A stretch of DNA of 53,309 nucleotides from Lophium mytilinum (taxonomy: Eukaryota): assembly GCA_010093605.1 (NCBI GenBank), contig MU004194.1, positions 1,712,323 through 1,765,631 of the forward strand, written 5' to 3'. Below, one piece after another: positions 34,528 through 49,163 of this stretch. Under the pieces are notes generated by a model. The model was not told where the DNA came from and did not search any database. It saw nothing but the letters and a program-made list of their open reading frames with translations. Within the stretch, counting starts at the first letter, position 1. Every line of letters starts with the position of its first letter. Position numbers and translations under genes: made by a program.

Positions 34528-37500
34528 TATTATAGATAGTAAGGTATAGAGGTATATAGAATAAGAAGTAGAATTATATTATAAGATATACTATAAGAAG
34601 CTAAAGTATAAAGCTGCTTGTAATTCTATCTAGAAATACGCCGGTAGTAGAATAATAATATTTCTAGTAAGTATATAACTATTAGGCATATACTAGATTT
34701 ATAGCTAGAAAAGAGGCCTAGATCTATTATACTACCCCCCCCTATTAAGAAAGAGAAACCTTTTTTCTAATTAAAAACTATATAAACTATAAAGCTGTAG
34801 GGCCGTAGTAAGTATATAGAAGGCTGCGGAACTATAGTAAGTATATAGTAGGCTACGGGGCCGTAGTAAGTATATAGGTAGAGGCTAAAATAAAAAGAAC
34901 TAATTATAATAGAAGAACTAATTATAATAGAAGAACTATTTTTAGAGGTTATAGAATTAGAATATTAGTAAGTATCTACCTATATATTAGTAGCCCTATA
35001 ACCTTAGTATACTTAGTAGAAGTCTAGTGCATACTATACTATAACTTATAATTATAGATAAACCTAAAGTCTTATAGCAGTATACTTATAGTATTACTAA
35101 ATAATAACCTTCTCTTATAACTTAGTAGAAACTATATAGTAGAGAATCTAATCTAAAGTAAAGAGTTTAGTCTTACTTTAATTAGCTAGCTAACCTTATA
35201 GCTTATATTATAATTTTTAAGCTATTAACTTTAACTAATTCTAGCTATAGGGCTACTATATACATATACTTAGTATTATTTAAATCCGGGTTCTTATTAT
35301 ATTACTAATCTTCTAGTAGTTTTAGAAAGTTCTAATAGGGGCTATCCTTACGCGGGTATAGCTAGTAGAAACGCTATACTAGTTTCTAAGCGCCTTCTCC
35401 TTTAAAGTAACTCTAATTCTTCTAATTACTTAGTATAGTATAACTAGTCTACTAGGGTTTATATTATAGTTTCTAATAGTATCTATATCTTTACTATCTA
35501 CTAGTAATAATATTCTTAATAGGGTACTCTATATTCTCTTATTCTATATTATTAATAACTATAATAGGCAGCAGCTTAGGCTATTATTAGCCTTTAATAG
35601 GTAAGGTATTATAGAGATATAGTAAGTATAGTAAGAAAACTAGCTAGATTTATTTAGCTAGTATATTCTATAGAAGCTTAAGCTTATATATAGCGCTATA
35701 GTTAATAACTTTCTTAATTTAGTATAGTCTAATATTCTTATAGTCTAAGAACTTATTCTTATATTCTATTTTAATATTCTAAGCGTTAAGCTAGACCTAG
35801 ATATTTACTTTTATTAGTAGTAGTAGATTACAGTATTAATTTATAAATTTAGCTTATTTATTCTTAGCCTAAGTTATTTACTATTATTCCTCTATAAGTA
35901 CTTCTTATAGATAAGTAATATATTAGTTAGTAAGTATTAAGTTTATATAGGTGTAGTATATAAGGCCTTACTCTAATAGAGCTAGTAGTTCTATACCTTA
36001 CTTTAGATAAAAGCTATAGTTAAAGAAAAAGGGTAAGAATTCTATAGAGGCGTTAACTATATTATTTATAATAAATTTACTAATAGGTAGCTAGTTAATC
36101 TAGTTACTTTACTAGTAGTTAATAAATAGCTATAGAAAGGCTTTTATAAATAAGTTAGTATTCTCTATCTACCTATCTATTTTAGGGTAATATACTATAG
36201 ATATTTATAGATTAACGCCTAGGCGCATATAAACGCGGCGCTAGAAATCTAATATAAAGTTAGTATTTAAGTTACTAATAATTCTCTATAGTAATCTATA
36301 TAGGCGGAAGATTTTCTATATAAATGCATTAGTAATATCTTTAGCTATTATTTCTACTATAGAAATATAGTGTTGCTGCTTAGATAAGTAGTTAATAATA
36401 ATAAGAATTAAGGTATATTTAATACTATTCCTAATATAGAAAGAAAGATCTATAATAAAATTAAATATAATATTAGTCTAATAGTATTTACCTATAGGTA
36501 AGCTATAAAGTAGGCCTTACTTCTTACTTCTAGAAGCCTTAGCTCGGCGGCAACTATAGCAGGCCTTAGTAAATTACTTAACTAACTCTATTATTTTAGG
36601 CTAGAAGTAATACCTTTAGAGAAGCTTATATATTCTATATTTTTCTAGGTAACTACTAGTTAGTACTATATATAAGATCTAGAGTAGATATAGATATAGT
36701 ATAGTATAGTCTAGAATATATAATCTACTATAATAATATAAGTAGGTATTCTAGTTATTACCTTCTATAATAACTTTAAACGCGCCTATATTAAGATTAC
36801 TAAGTAGCTATTATAGTTCTATAGAGAGAGTACGCGCTTTATTCTATACTAGTACTATTAGTAAGTATACTATAGAGTTTATTAGTTTCTCTAGTAGTAA
36901 TAGTAATTAGTATATATTATTAATTAGGTTACTAAGTAACTTTTTAGGCTTAGTACTAGGTTTAGGCGCTACTATAGGTAGCGTACTATCTTCTTATATA
37001 GCGGCGGGAGCAAGCTAAAAGAAGTTAAGATAGAGGCTTGCAGCTAGTAATAGGTTAAGTATAAGGTAATATAGAAGCTCTTTAAATAAGAAGCTTAGTA
37101 TAGAGTTAGCTAATAGGCTACTTATTATATAGCTTATCTATTTAAAGTCTTCTAATATATTGCCTAGTTTCTTATTACTATTAGTTAGTACTATACCTAG
37201 GCCTAGGTAATAGCTCTTAAGTATAGTCTAATACTAAAACTAGTTATATAGATTATCTAGCCTATATAGTAGATTCTATAATTATCTAGTTAAGCTATTA
37301 GGCTTAACTCTAAATATACCTAGTTAATAGATAATTTTAAAATTAAACCTAGTAAGAAATTCTACCTACTATACCTAATATCTATTTAGCTACTTAGTTA
37401 TTATAAACTATTTAAGGTTATAATAGTCTATAAGGATTTCTATAGAGTTCTCTAAGTCTATACTAGCTAGCTTAGGTTACTACTACTTAAAGGCTTTTAT

Positions 37501-40382
37501 AATTATAAGTAACTTCTTATTATATATTTTATAGTTTATTTCTTATAGTATTATCTTTATAAAGAAGAAGGTAATAGGGTATAATAGCCTATCTTCTTCT
37601 ATCTATAATATAACGCTAGTAATAATATAGTCTAATGCGTCTATCTTAATATAGACCTTTTTACTATATTAGAAATAAGCTAGTACTAAGTATAGATATA
37701 AAAGCTTCTTTTAGAATTTAAAATACTTTCTTATAGTTATCTATCTAGGTAAATCTTAGCTAGGGTGTTTCTTTCTTATTCTTCTTATTACTATTAGACG
37801 TGCGCATTATTAAAGTAAGTAGGTAAATAATATAAGAGAAGCTATAAATAAAATATTAATAGAAATTAGCTAGGCTAAGAAAAGCTTATATATCTTTAAT
37901 ATATATAGATATCTACTAGCTTATAATAGCTTCTACCTTTTTAAAATCTATATAAATGCCTTCTAGTATAATAATTAGGCCTAGATATTTTACCTTCTTA
38001 ATACTAAATTCTAATTTCTTAATATTAGCTTGCAGGCTGTACTTTTATAACTACTAGAGCACCTTTTTAATATGCTTCTTATATTAAGCCTTATCTATAG
38101 AGTATATTAGAATATTATCTAAGTATATAGAGTAGAAATTATTAAGAAAGTTATAAAGTATATTATTAATATAGCTTTAGAAGGTTACTAGCCCCCCTAT
38201 AAGACTAAATAGAAGAACCTTAGACTTAAATATACTATAGTATATAGTAAACCCTATAAAATACTTATCTTCTAGTCTTATTTAGATTCTATTAAATGCG
38301 CTAATAATATCTAGTTTAGTAAACTACTTAGCGTAGCTAAGTTAGTTTATAGTTTCTTATATTAATAGAATAGAATACTATAATTTAATAGTAAGAGCGT
38401 TAATAGTATAGTAGTCTATATAAAAATATACTCTACCGCCCGGCTTATAGATAAGAAGAATTAGTAAAGATATATTAGATTAAGCTAGTTTAATAAAGCT
38501 CTTAGTAAGGTTATTATCTATCTATTTCTTTACTATCTAGAGTTTACTCTTTAATATTAGGTATAGTTATACTTATAGTAGTTTCTCTTCTACTCTAAAG
38601 AGTAGATAGATCTTATAGTCTATACCGGGTTAATTAGATAGAGGCGTGTTAGCGTTAGTTTAATTAAATATATTAGTAAACTAATAATATTTCTTAGAAA
38701 GCTTATATAGAATATCCTTCTTAGTTATATAGGTCTTAGCCTGCAGAAATTTATTAATATCTATTATAGTAATTGCGTTAACGCGTTTAGGTATATTAGT
38801 ACCTTATTATATAATAAGAACCTAGATACTATTATTATATATTAATATATTATAATTAGCGTTAATTTCTTATAGTATATAGAGCAGTAGCTTCTCTATA
38901 AGCTAGCCCTTTTATATATAGATATAAGTTAGCCTAGCTAAAATATAGTATATATTAGCCGCGTTATTTTCTATTATAGAAAAAGAAGTAGTTTAAGGGT
39001 AATAAAACGGGCTCTATACTAATATACTTAAGCTATTTCTTATTTAGTAACGCCTATAGTATAGGTAGAAGAAATTAATATAGTATTCTTACTAATTAAT
39101 TATAAGGTTATATCTTTTAAGCTATTTATAGCCTAGAATAATTAATACTAGGCTAAGGTCTATAATAAAAGCTTTAAACTATTCTGTATACCTATTTAGA
39201 CTAAAATAGATAAGTATAGTATAAGTAATCTTCTTTATAATAGCTTCTCTATCTATAAGTTTAAGGGTATAGGCTTTTATTAGGGGGATAAGAGAAAGGT
39301 TATTAGTATGCGCGTAAGTAGTATTAATAAAAATATATATAGCTCTACTATTAAGTAGAGAAAAAGTAGGTATTATAGATAGAGGCTTACTATTTTTATA
39401 TATCTAGATGTCTTCTATAAGCTTTAAATAGTATTTATTCTAGAGAGGAATATCTATCTAAATTAAAGCCTTACTAATCTTAAGAGTATCTATAGATTCT
39501 AGCCTAAGTTTATCTAGCTTATTTATTATATCTACTATTTCTTTATATATTAACTATATAACTAGTACTAAGTTAAAACTACTTACTATAGGCCCTAAGT
39601 TGCGGCTATAATCTAGGGCTAGGTATTTCCCTATCTATATTCTTACTAAGTAGCTAAGTTTATAGTATAAATAGCTAGAGCGCTAGATTAATATAGAGGT
39701 AAGGCGGGGCGCTAAGCTATAAGCTAAGCTATAGAGTAATTAGGGTTATTCTTCTTATAACTAGATATATAATAGTAGTAGTAGGTACTATTAGCTCTTA
39801 GTATAGTATACTTAGTATTAGTTATTATACCCGGAGGCTTCTAGCTATTTAGAATATTAACTAGGGCCTATAGTTAATCTATATATAGGTTAGTATTATT
39901 AATACTAGTAGCTATAATAGTAAGAGGTTAGTTAGACTAAAAGGCGTAGGTATATAGGCCGCGTTATAACTAGTAACCTCTATAGTTATTATAGCCTTCT
40001 TAGTATTCTCTATATCTACCGCGCTAGTTTCTACCTTACTAGATTATTAGGTTAACGCGGTAGACTATATAGGTATAGATTAATATATTATTATTACACT
40101 AATAGTAGTATATAGCTACTACTATATTTATAGTTCTAGTAAATAGCTTTTCTATTATAGCGCCCTTATTAATCTAGATAAGTTCTTACTTCTAAATTAT
40201 AGTTATTATATTATTATTCTTATTCTACTTAGGTATTATATTAGCTTACTTAGTAATATAGCTCTAGAAATTATCTATTAATTTATTTTATTTCTAGAAT
40301 ATTATATAGATCTTATTCTAGGCTATATTCTCTATATTAGAGTTAAGAAATTAATTATCTATAAAGGCCTAGGCGTCTACTA
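34528..40382 (-). mobile_element. RIP-degenerate chromovirus (Ty3/Gypsy) element B: 3' LTR 34528-34731, PPT, chromodomain, integrase, RNase H, RT, protease and partial gag (continues at ~48250-48700)
   Basis: Poly-C tract (minus-strand PPT) next to 34731; RT motif reads YLDNILIYS (YLDD) at ~38100-38127; protease LLNSRA (LLDSGA) at ~39340-39358; Gypsy domain order. Confidence 0.85.
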
Positions 40383-40584
40383 TATTATAGACTATAAGAG
40401 GCAAGGCATAGAGCACGGTATTAAATAAGAAATAGGGTATATTTACAAAGATAAAGTCGCGTAGAGATAGAGGTTCTACGCGGCGCAGGCTAAATATAGG
40501 CTAGAGGTGCAAAACCGCGCTAGCGCACGGGCTTATATAATGTAGCCGAGGGCACGTAATATATATAGAGCTAGATCCGTTACA
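40383..40584 (-). repeat. 3' LTR of element C (202 bp)
   Basis: Colinear direct repeat of 48043-48244, differing by transitions; ends ...CCGTTACA. Confidence 0.95.
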
Positions 40585-43500
40585 CTACCCCCCTAAAATA
40601 AAGAAGAAAGGCTATAGAAAGAAAAGGCTATATAGTAAGACTATAGACTAAGGAAATAAATACTAAGGAAATATAGTTATAAGTAATTAGATAAAAATTG
40701 CGTAAGAAAGGGGCGTGCTTACAGCGTTATAAAGGTAGGCGTTCCTATTAAGATAGCTCGGCTAGCTAGGTACGGCGGAGAATCTGGGTCTTAGTTAAGT
40801 TGTAAATAATATTATAATATTACTGCGTAAGGTATATAAATATAGTTAGTAAATACGCGCGTTATAGATTATAAGCGCGCGCTTATTAAGAACCTGTTAC
40901 TAATTAGGGTTGGGCCTAAAGTCTAGATAAGGGCCGTTGGCGTTAGAGTAATAGTAATGGAACTTACTAATAAGCTTATTAGTGCTGTACTTACTAAAGT
41001 TAGTCTAGTTCTACTATATCTATAGCTTAGTATAACCTTTATACTAGGCGCGGTATTATAGTTTATAACTATAGCGGCCGTGTTATAACTAGCGGCTATC
41101 TATAATAAAATTAATTAGCTATATATTAACGCGATCTTATTTATTATTAGTTATTCTATAGGGGTTAACGACCTATATAGGCGGGGGTAGTAGTAGATTC
41201 TATTCTAGTATAGGCCTAGGTTTAAATAGGTAGAGAAGGTAAAAATAGAAGATATTATGCGTATAATATTCTTTAAGTAATATTTCTATAAAGTTAAGTT
41301 AGAAGGCGTAACCCTAATTAATAATCTTAGTAATGCGGAAAGGACTAAGGTTCTTATAATTAAGTAAGTAATTAGGGCGTTGGGTCTTAATATTGCGCGC
41401 GTTGAGCTAGACTAGGTTATCTACTTTAAAACGTAGTAGTAGTTAGTAATATTAATTAGTAAAGTAAGCCTATACTACTATAGCCTATATAATAGTATTA
41501 TAATATTCTTTAAGTATATTCTTTATCTAGTTAGCATATTAATCCGCAAGCAGTTATTTATTACGCGCAGCGGCGCGGCCGGTAACTAGTATAGCTGGCT
41601 TAATGCCTAACTATAGGTGGAAGCCGCGGGTAGTAAAGAAGGGAGTAAAGCCTATTAAGGCTAATTTATAGTTATTAACTATAAATTTACTAAGGGGAAA
41701 ATAGTTAACCTAGTTATCTTGCTAGTATAAAATAAATTAACGTAGGTAGGCTTTTATAACGGAGTTAGTATTTTTAGTCTAGCTATTAGTTTTAGAATAG
41801 AAAGCGGTGGAAAACTTAGGTTTAACGCCGAGTTATTTATATAGGCGGCGCTATATAGCGGACATAAATTACACGCTATAATTACTAATAATTACTTTAG
41901 GTAAGCTATATAGTTAAAATACTTTACGGATAAAAGCGTCTATAATATCCTTAATAGTGTCGCCTATTATAGAAATATAGTAGCGTTTCTTAGATAGTTA
42001 GTTAACTATAATAAGAATAAGTATATATGTTTATCTATTTTATGTATAAGGAGGCAGATCTATAATAAAATCTATAGTAATCTTAGTCTATTACTTATCT
42101 AGTATATTAAGGCTACAGAGTAATTCTTGCTATTTATCTTAGAAAGCTTTTACTTAGCGGTAGCCGTAATAGGCACCTATATAGCGCTTAATATCTTTAT
42201 AGAAGTTAGGCTAGAAGTAGTAGCGTTAAAGTAGCTTATAGAAGCCGTGCTTACTAGAATAGCTAGTAATAGAAGTATTATAAGATAGGCTAAGTAGCTT
42301 AGTATATAGCTAGTTGTGGGCTAGTATATATAGACAGTTATAATAGTATAGTTAGTTATCCCGTATTTTAAAGCTATTAATATTAAGGTTGCTAATAAGG
42401 TTATAGAGGGCTTTTAGAATAGAGCAGGTACCGCTCTAGATAATATTTATAAGCTTATATAGTGTGGGGTTATATAGAGGTTAGCGTATGTAGGCCTTAT
42501 TAATAAGGTATTATAGATTATTATTATTATAGTTAATATTATTATTATTATTACCTTAAACTAGCTATACTGCGATAACCTTATTAGCGGCTATAATATC
42601 CTTATTAGCTAATAGAGCTGCAAAAATCTTATTAGCGTTATTAGGTAGCGCCGCAATAGCCTTATTAGCGCTTCTATTACTATCGCTATTATTACTAGCA
42701 CGGTTATAGCTGCGCAGCCTAGCAGGGGCGAGTTAAAGGGGTAAGAGAAAGAGAGAATATATTTAGAGAGAGGATTATAGTAAGGTTATTAGAAGAGGCT
42801 TAAGTAGTTTAGTGCACGGGTAAAGTACGTTAAACGGCCTATAGGCGCCGGGCTTACTTAGCTTAGTATTATTAAGTAAGAGTAATTTACTATTTAGTAT
42901 AACTTCCGGTCTAAGGTTATAAGATTTAAGTACGGTTTAATATTAAAATTAATTCCGTGGATTATTAGGCTCGTGAGGTAGGTCTTATAAACGCTGTGTA
43001 AGGCTATTAGGCTTACCTTCTAGTACGCTAGGGCGGTATATAATCTTAAAGTTAAATCTAGTAAGAAACTTAGCCTAGTATACTTAGCGGCGGTTAAGTT
43101 TCTTAGTAGTTATAAACTATTTTAGATTGCGGTAATCTATAAGAATGTTAGTAGGGTCTATAGAATTAGCACTTATAAGCTTAGGTCTCTATTCTTTAAA
43201 GGCCTTAACTATAGTAAGGAGTTCTTTATTATAGATCTTATAGTTATACTTAGCTAGTAATATTTTAGAAGAGAAGAAGGCAACTAGGTATAGAAGTCTA
43301 TTAGGCCTAATTTAGAATATAACGCCGGCTATTATATAATTAGATGCGTCTATTTCTAGAAAGACCTTTTTACTATATTAGAAATGCATAAGAACGGGTG
43401 CCTCTATAAACGCTTTCTTAAGCGCGCGGAAAGCCTTCTTATAGGCCTATATCTATATAAAGTAAGGTTTCTTTTATTCTTCTTAGAGCTTTATTATATT

Positions 43501-46500
43501 AGTAAGGGGTTTAATAATACGTAAGAAACTATAGATAAATTGCTAGTAGAAATTAGATAGCCTAATAAAGGCTTAGACGTCCTTAATGCAGGTTAGAGTA
43601 TTCTATTTAAGAATGGCGGTAACTTTCTCTAGATTTATGCAAATTCCTTTAGTGGAAATAATTAGTTCTAAGTAGGTAACTTCTTTTTAATTAAACGCGC
43701 ACTTAGATAAGTTAACGTGTAAGCCTGCTGCCTCTAAGCGCTTAAGGATAGCGGCTACGTGGGCCTTATAATCTTCTTTTAAACCTTCTATATAAATAAG
43801 GATATTATCTAGGTATGCTATGCAGAATTTATTAAGGAAATTATATAGTATTTAATTAATAAAGGATTAAAACGTCCCGGGTCCTTCTATAACGCTAAAG
43901 GGCATAATAAGGGACTTATATTTACTATAGCGTGTTATAAAAGCTATCTTATACTTATAGCCTAGAGCTATATAGACTTTATTAAAAGCGGCGATAATAT
44001 TAAGCTTAGTAAACTACTTAGCTTTTCTAAGATAGTAAAGTGTCTCTTATATAAGGGGTATAGAATAATAAGTTTTAATAGTAAGGGCGTTAACGGCTCT
44101 ATAGTTAATATAGAACTAGATACCGCCCCCTAGCTTATATATAAGTAGAATAGGTAAGAAGACTTATAACTATAATTATCTAATATAGCCCTTAGCTAGA
44201 TTATTATTAAGCTATTTCTTAATAATATAAAGTTTATTAGTAGATATAGAGTATAGGCGGGCTTTAGGTAACTTACTTAGGTTAATGCTATTAACCTAGT
44301 TAATCTTGTAGTCTATACCTAGTTAGTGTAGTAGTAAACTATTAGTATTAACTTAGTTAAAGATGCGGATGTATTTATAAAGGCTAGGGGGGAGTTAAGT
44401 AAATATTTCCTTCTTAGTATAATGTTACTTAACTTCTATAAACTTCTTAATGTCGCGTATAGCTAGTTTATAGAGGTAGATAGGTATATTACTTATCTAT
44501 ATAGCTATAACCTGGAGGTAATTTAAATAGATTAGAAAATCCTTATAGGTATTAGCAAGGTCGGCTGCAACATATTAAGGTAAGTTATTAAGCTAGTCTC
44601 CTTTAATAGCGGCTATGCGGTATATAGTAAGGTAGGCTATAACGCCTATATATTGCGTAGAGTCTATAGAATTAAATAGCTATATAATATTATAATTATA
44701 CATAAAATTAGGTAGTGCTAAGCCTTTTATATAGGTACTAGCGCTATTAGTATTATTTATATAGTAATAGCGGTGCAGATAGAAAATCCTATTATATTTC
44801 TCTTTTATAAAGTTAATCTTGCCTATAACCTAGTTAATAGCTAGGTTATAGCGCTAGAACTAGCGGAGGCCTAAGATAATATTATAGTTGCCGAGGTTAG
44901 TAATATAGGCCTATTCGCGGCTCTAATAGCCTTAAATAGCGATAGGGATAAGAGCTTTATAGGTAATCTTTTTAGTAACGGTAGAGCCGTTAGCTAATTT
45001 AAGTATACATAATTTAGGTAAGGGGCAGATTAGAAAGTTTATTTAGTGCGTATAAGTAGTATCTATAAATTTATTAGTTGCTCTAGTATTGCTGTAAAGG
45101 TATTCTTTAATTATATCTAGTAGTTATCCTTTATAGAAACGCTAGACTTTAGCTAGAACTAGAAAGCTATAGAGGGTCTTTTTATTAGTTTAACCCGCTT
45201 AAACATTATTACTAAGAGAGGCAGCTAAAATAACTAACCTTCTTAACTATAACTATATAGATTCTTTTTTATTTTTATAGTATTAGACTACTTAAGTAAT
45301 AATACGCCCTAGATCGCGACTATAATCTAGGACTAAGCATTTCCTAAGTAGCTCTAGTATTAAGATTGGCTATATCCTATAAACGGTCCTCCTGCGCCTC
45401 TAGATAAGATAAAAGTATTAATACCTACTTTAGTAGAAGCTAGAGTAAATATAGTAGGGGCTATATATATAGAAGGAGCGTATATAGATAGGGGCGCGTA
45501 TATAGATAGGGCGTATATAGATAGAGCTAGGGTTATAATATTATTAGAATATATAGTAACGCCTTATAGAGCGAGTATAGAGCGCTCTATAGGATACTAC
45601 TAGTTAGTAGATATATAACTAATAAGTTGGCAGTAGAAGTAGTAATTCTTACTTATAAGTTAACGCTTTTAGTTATCTATAAGACGGCCTAGGGCTAGGC
45701 GCTACTAGTTGGCAGAAATATTAATAGGAAAGTTTATAACTTTATGTATCTATAGTGCAGACATCTAGTAATTCTAGCTAGGCGCGTTTATTATATTCTA
45801 GGTTTATCCTTAGCTATAGTTATTCTAGTAGCCTTAGTTTTAAGTATTCTAAGTAACCTAGTTTTAAGTGGCTTAAAACTAGCCTATTAGGGTCTAGTTA
45901 GAAGGGTTCTAGGGCTTATTACCGCGGTAGCCTCCGTAGTAGCTATTATTATTAGTCTAGTTATTAGGCTATTAGCTATACTATCTAGGCTAGTTATTAT
46001 ATTATTAGTGTAGCTGTATATAATCTACTATAGCTTAATTAAGAAGCTAGTCGCGGCATGCGTTAATAACTTTATATCCCTTCTTATAATATTTTCCTAG
46101 GACGCCCGCAGGCTTAGTAATACCGGGGCGGATCTTTACCTTAAGCGCGGTAACATCCTAATAGTGTTCTTAATTTAGTAGTTATACTATAAGCGCTTAG
46201 TATTTTATATAGAATATATTAAGATTATTATTACCCTATATTAGTTAGTTAAGTTGCTAGAAAGTAATAGCTTTAGAGTTGTATAGTAGGTTCTTAATAT
46301 TAAGGCGCTTAATAGCGTTATTAAGAGTGTAAAAAGGCTAATAGTCTATTATCCGCGCTATATAGTTGCTAAGAGATATACTAGTAAGATATATACCTAG
46401 AAAGTAGAGGCGGAAGCCTTTATTATATTAGTAGAGGCAGCTACCGTAGGTAAACTTACTAAGGACCTAGTAACGCTAGATAATATACTTAGATTTATTA

Positions 46501-48042
46501 CTATTATACTTAGGGGGGTATAGTATAGTTTTATCCTTATTCTAGTTAGCGCGTGTTCTATAGTTAATATTATACGGGGGTAGTAGGGCGCTATTAGGTT
46601 CTATAAAAGATATAGGTGGTGTATATAGTTACGGGCTATAAATTAAATTATAGTTGCGGAAGTCCTTATTATTATTACTATTACTAGAATTAGAGGGGGG
46701 TCTACTACCGCCTCTAGTGGGGCGTATATAGCTCTATTAACTATAAAGGGGCTTATTAGGGCGGCGGGGTAGTAAGGGTTTATATTACTAGCGGTTGCGG
46801 CCGCGTAAGTAATCTCGGCTAGGTAGAATAAAAGGGCGATATTCTAGCTTAGCACCTTCTTTAGCTATAATGTAGGCTATAAGCTTATATTAATAGCTTA
46901 TAGTAGCGGTAAGCTGTATAGTAATCTTAGGGGGAGAGCTATTAGCGCGGGCTATAGGGCCGCAGATAGTAGTGTTCTAGAGACTATTAATATAAACTTT
47001 AGTAGTAGTAAGAGCTTTTTTAACATTCTTAATATAGGCTTTAAGCTTAGTAATATACTTAGCTAAAGCTTTACTATAGGCCTTAAGCTTAGTAATACGC
47101 TTTACTACTATTACATTAATAGTATCTATCTAGGCGGTAAACGCTGCTATATTAGTAATATATTTATATATAATTTTATCTTTAGCGTTCCTAGCATAGA
47201 TAGCGTTATCTCTATCTTAGATAGTATTGTCGCGGTTATTATAGGCCTAGTCCCGGTCCTCTTTAGCTTTAATAATGTTAGATTTATATTAGAATTTTAT
47301 ATTAGTAATAGCCTTTTCTAGGCGCTTAATATTGTTCTTTACGGCTAGAAGGTAATTATTTTATTACTAGATTATATTATAAGCTTGCTTATTAAGCTTA
47401 GCCTATACTTCTATAGAAGCCTTATTATACTCTAGTTAGTTACATAGTTAACGGATCTTAGCTTTATATAAACGGGTTAATTTAAAAGCTATTACCTTAT
47501 CTTTAGTAATAAAGTCTATAAAGGCTTTAGCATCCGGGACCTTATATATAATAGGGGCTTTATTAGCGTCTTATTTATTAATAGCGGAATAATTAATAAG
47601 TTTATTTACTTTAAGGATAGAAGTCTTAAAGGCGCCGGGCATCTTAGGGTAGTAGACGTAGCTACTAGCGTTAGGTTAATTAGGGTGTTCCTAAAGTTTA
47701 TCTTTAAGGAAAGCATTGTTATTAGTAAGGTTATCTTTAGTATTATCTTAATTATAGTCGCGTGCATGCTATAAGTTTCTAGTAATTATCTAGGAGTCTC
47801 CGGCTACAGTTTAGAAGTCTTAGTTCTAGAAGTCTTAAGTTAAGGCCTAGAAGTCTAAGGGTATAAGGATAGTGCGCTATAAGAGGAGGTCTTAGAGCTT
47901 CTATATACTAGTTATGCTAAGAGGGTTAGAGTTATTAGCTATAGTATTAATGGCCGCGCGGGGTAGAGTATTATAGTTTACTAGCAGCGGATTATAGTTT
48001 AAGGACTTAGTAGAATAGTAGCTAGGTAGAGTAACTTTATAG

Positions 48043-48244
48043 TGTTATAGACTATAAAAGGTAAGGCATAGAGCATAGTATTAAATAAGGAATAGGGTGT
48101 ATTTATAAAGATAAAGTCGCGTAGAGATAGAGGTTCTACGCGGCGCAGGCTAAATATAGGCTAGAGGTGCGAAACCGCGCTAGCGCATGGGCTTACGTAA
48201 CGTAGCCGAGGGCACGTAATATATGCGGAGCTAGATCCGTTACA
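48043..48244 (-). repeat. 5' LTR of element C (202 bp)
   Basis: TGTTATAG...CCGTTACA with TG..CA termini; matches 40383-40584. Confidence 0.95.
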
Positions 48245-49028
48245 TACTAGAGTAATAAGCTTATTTTTTAATATCTACTTAAATATTATATATTATTCTA
48301 CTACTAAGTTAAGCTTAATTTAGAAGATTATATATCTAAGCTATAGATAGTTATTTTAAAACTTATAGCTACTACTAGAAATTTTAAGTATAATATAAGC
48401 CTTCTAGCTAGAATACTATATTTTATTACTAGTAAATTCTAGGGCGTTTATAATATAGTTGCGTATATATAATCTTAAATATAAGTATAAATAGTAGTAT
48501 TTTAAGTAGTATTAATTATAACTATAACTATAGTAGTCTTTATCTAAGTTAGATAAACTAGTAGAGCTATTAGAGCTACTAGAGTTATTCTTACTATATA
48601 GCTTACTTTAATAAGACTTATACTTTTTAGACTACTACTTATACTTATATAGATTCTTATTATTATTATAGTTACTATTACTAAATAGATTATAGGGGCT
48701 AGAGGGTTAGAGTTATATAGGGAGAAGTAAGTTTAATATAGAGAAAATTAATCTTTAAGAATTGCATGCAGTATAACCTTATACCGCCGCATTTAACTAC
48801 TATAATATAAAATAGAGTATGCATGCAAAGAAGAATACTTAGAATATAATATAATAGCGTTCTATTAACTTTAATTTAATTTATAAGCTATAGTAGTAGC
48901 TTAAGGTAGATATAAAGAGGCTGCAGGGTGCATAGATATAGAATAGAAATTACTAAAAGGGTTTAGTATAAGAATAGCCTTGCAATTAAAAATTAGTATA
49001 ACTACTACTATATATAACTACTATAATA

Positions 49029-49163
49029 TAGTATAGAAGAAATATATANNNNNNNNNNNNNNNNNNNNNNNNNNNNNNNNNNNNNNNNNNNNNNNNNNNN
49101 NNNNNNNNNNNNNNNNNNNNNNNNNNNNNNNNNNNNNNNNNNNNNNNNNNNNNNNNNNNNNNN
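49029..49163. other. Assembly gap (N run)
   Basis: Run of N characters. Confidence 1.

Larger units (their letters stand above)
40383..48244 (-). mobile_element. Full-length (7862 bp) RIP-mutated Ty3/Gypsy element C with paired LTRs and TACTA target-site duplication
   Basis: LTRs at 40383-40584 and 48043-48244; TACTA at 40378-40382 and 48245-48249; PPT at ~40585-40594; RT motif FCIAYLDNIL at ~43800-43830; integrase, RNase H, protease and gag remnants in Gypsy order. Confidence 0.93.
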
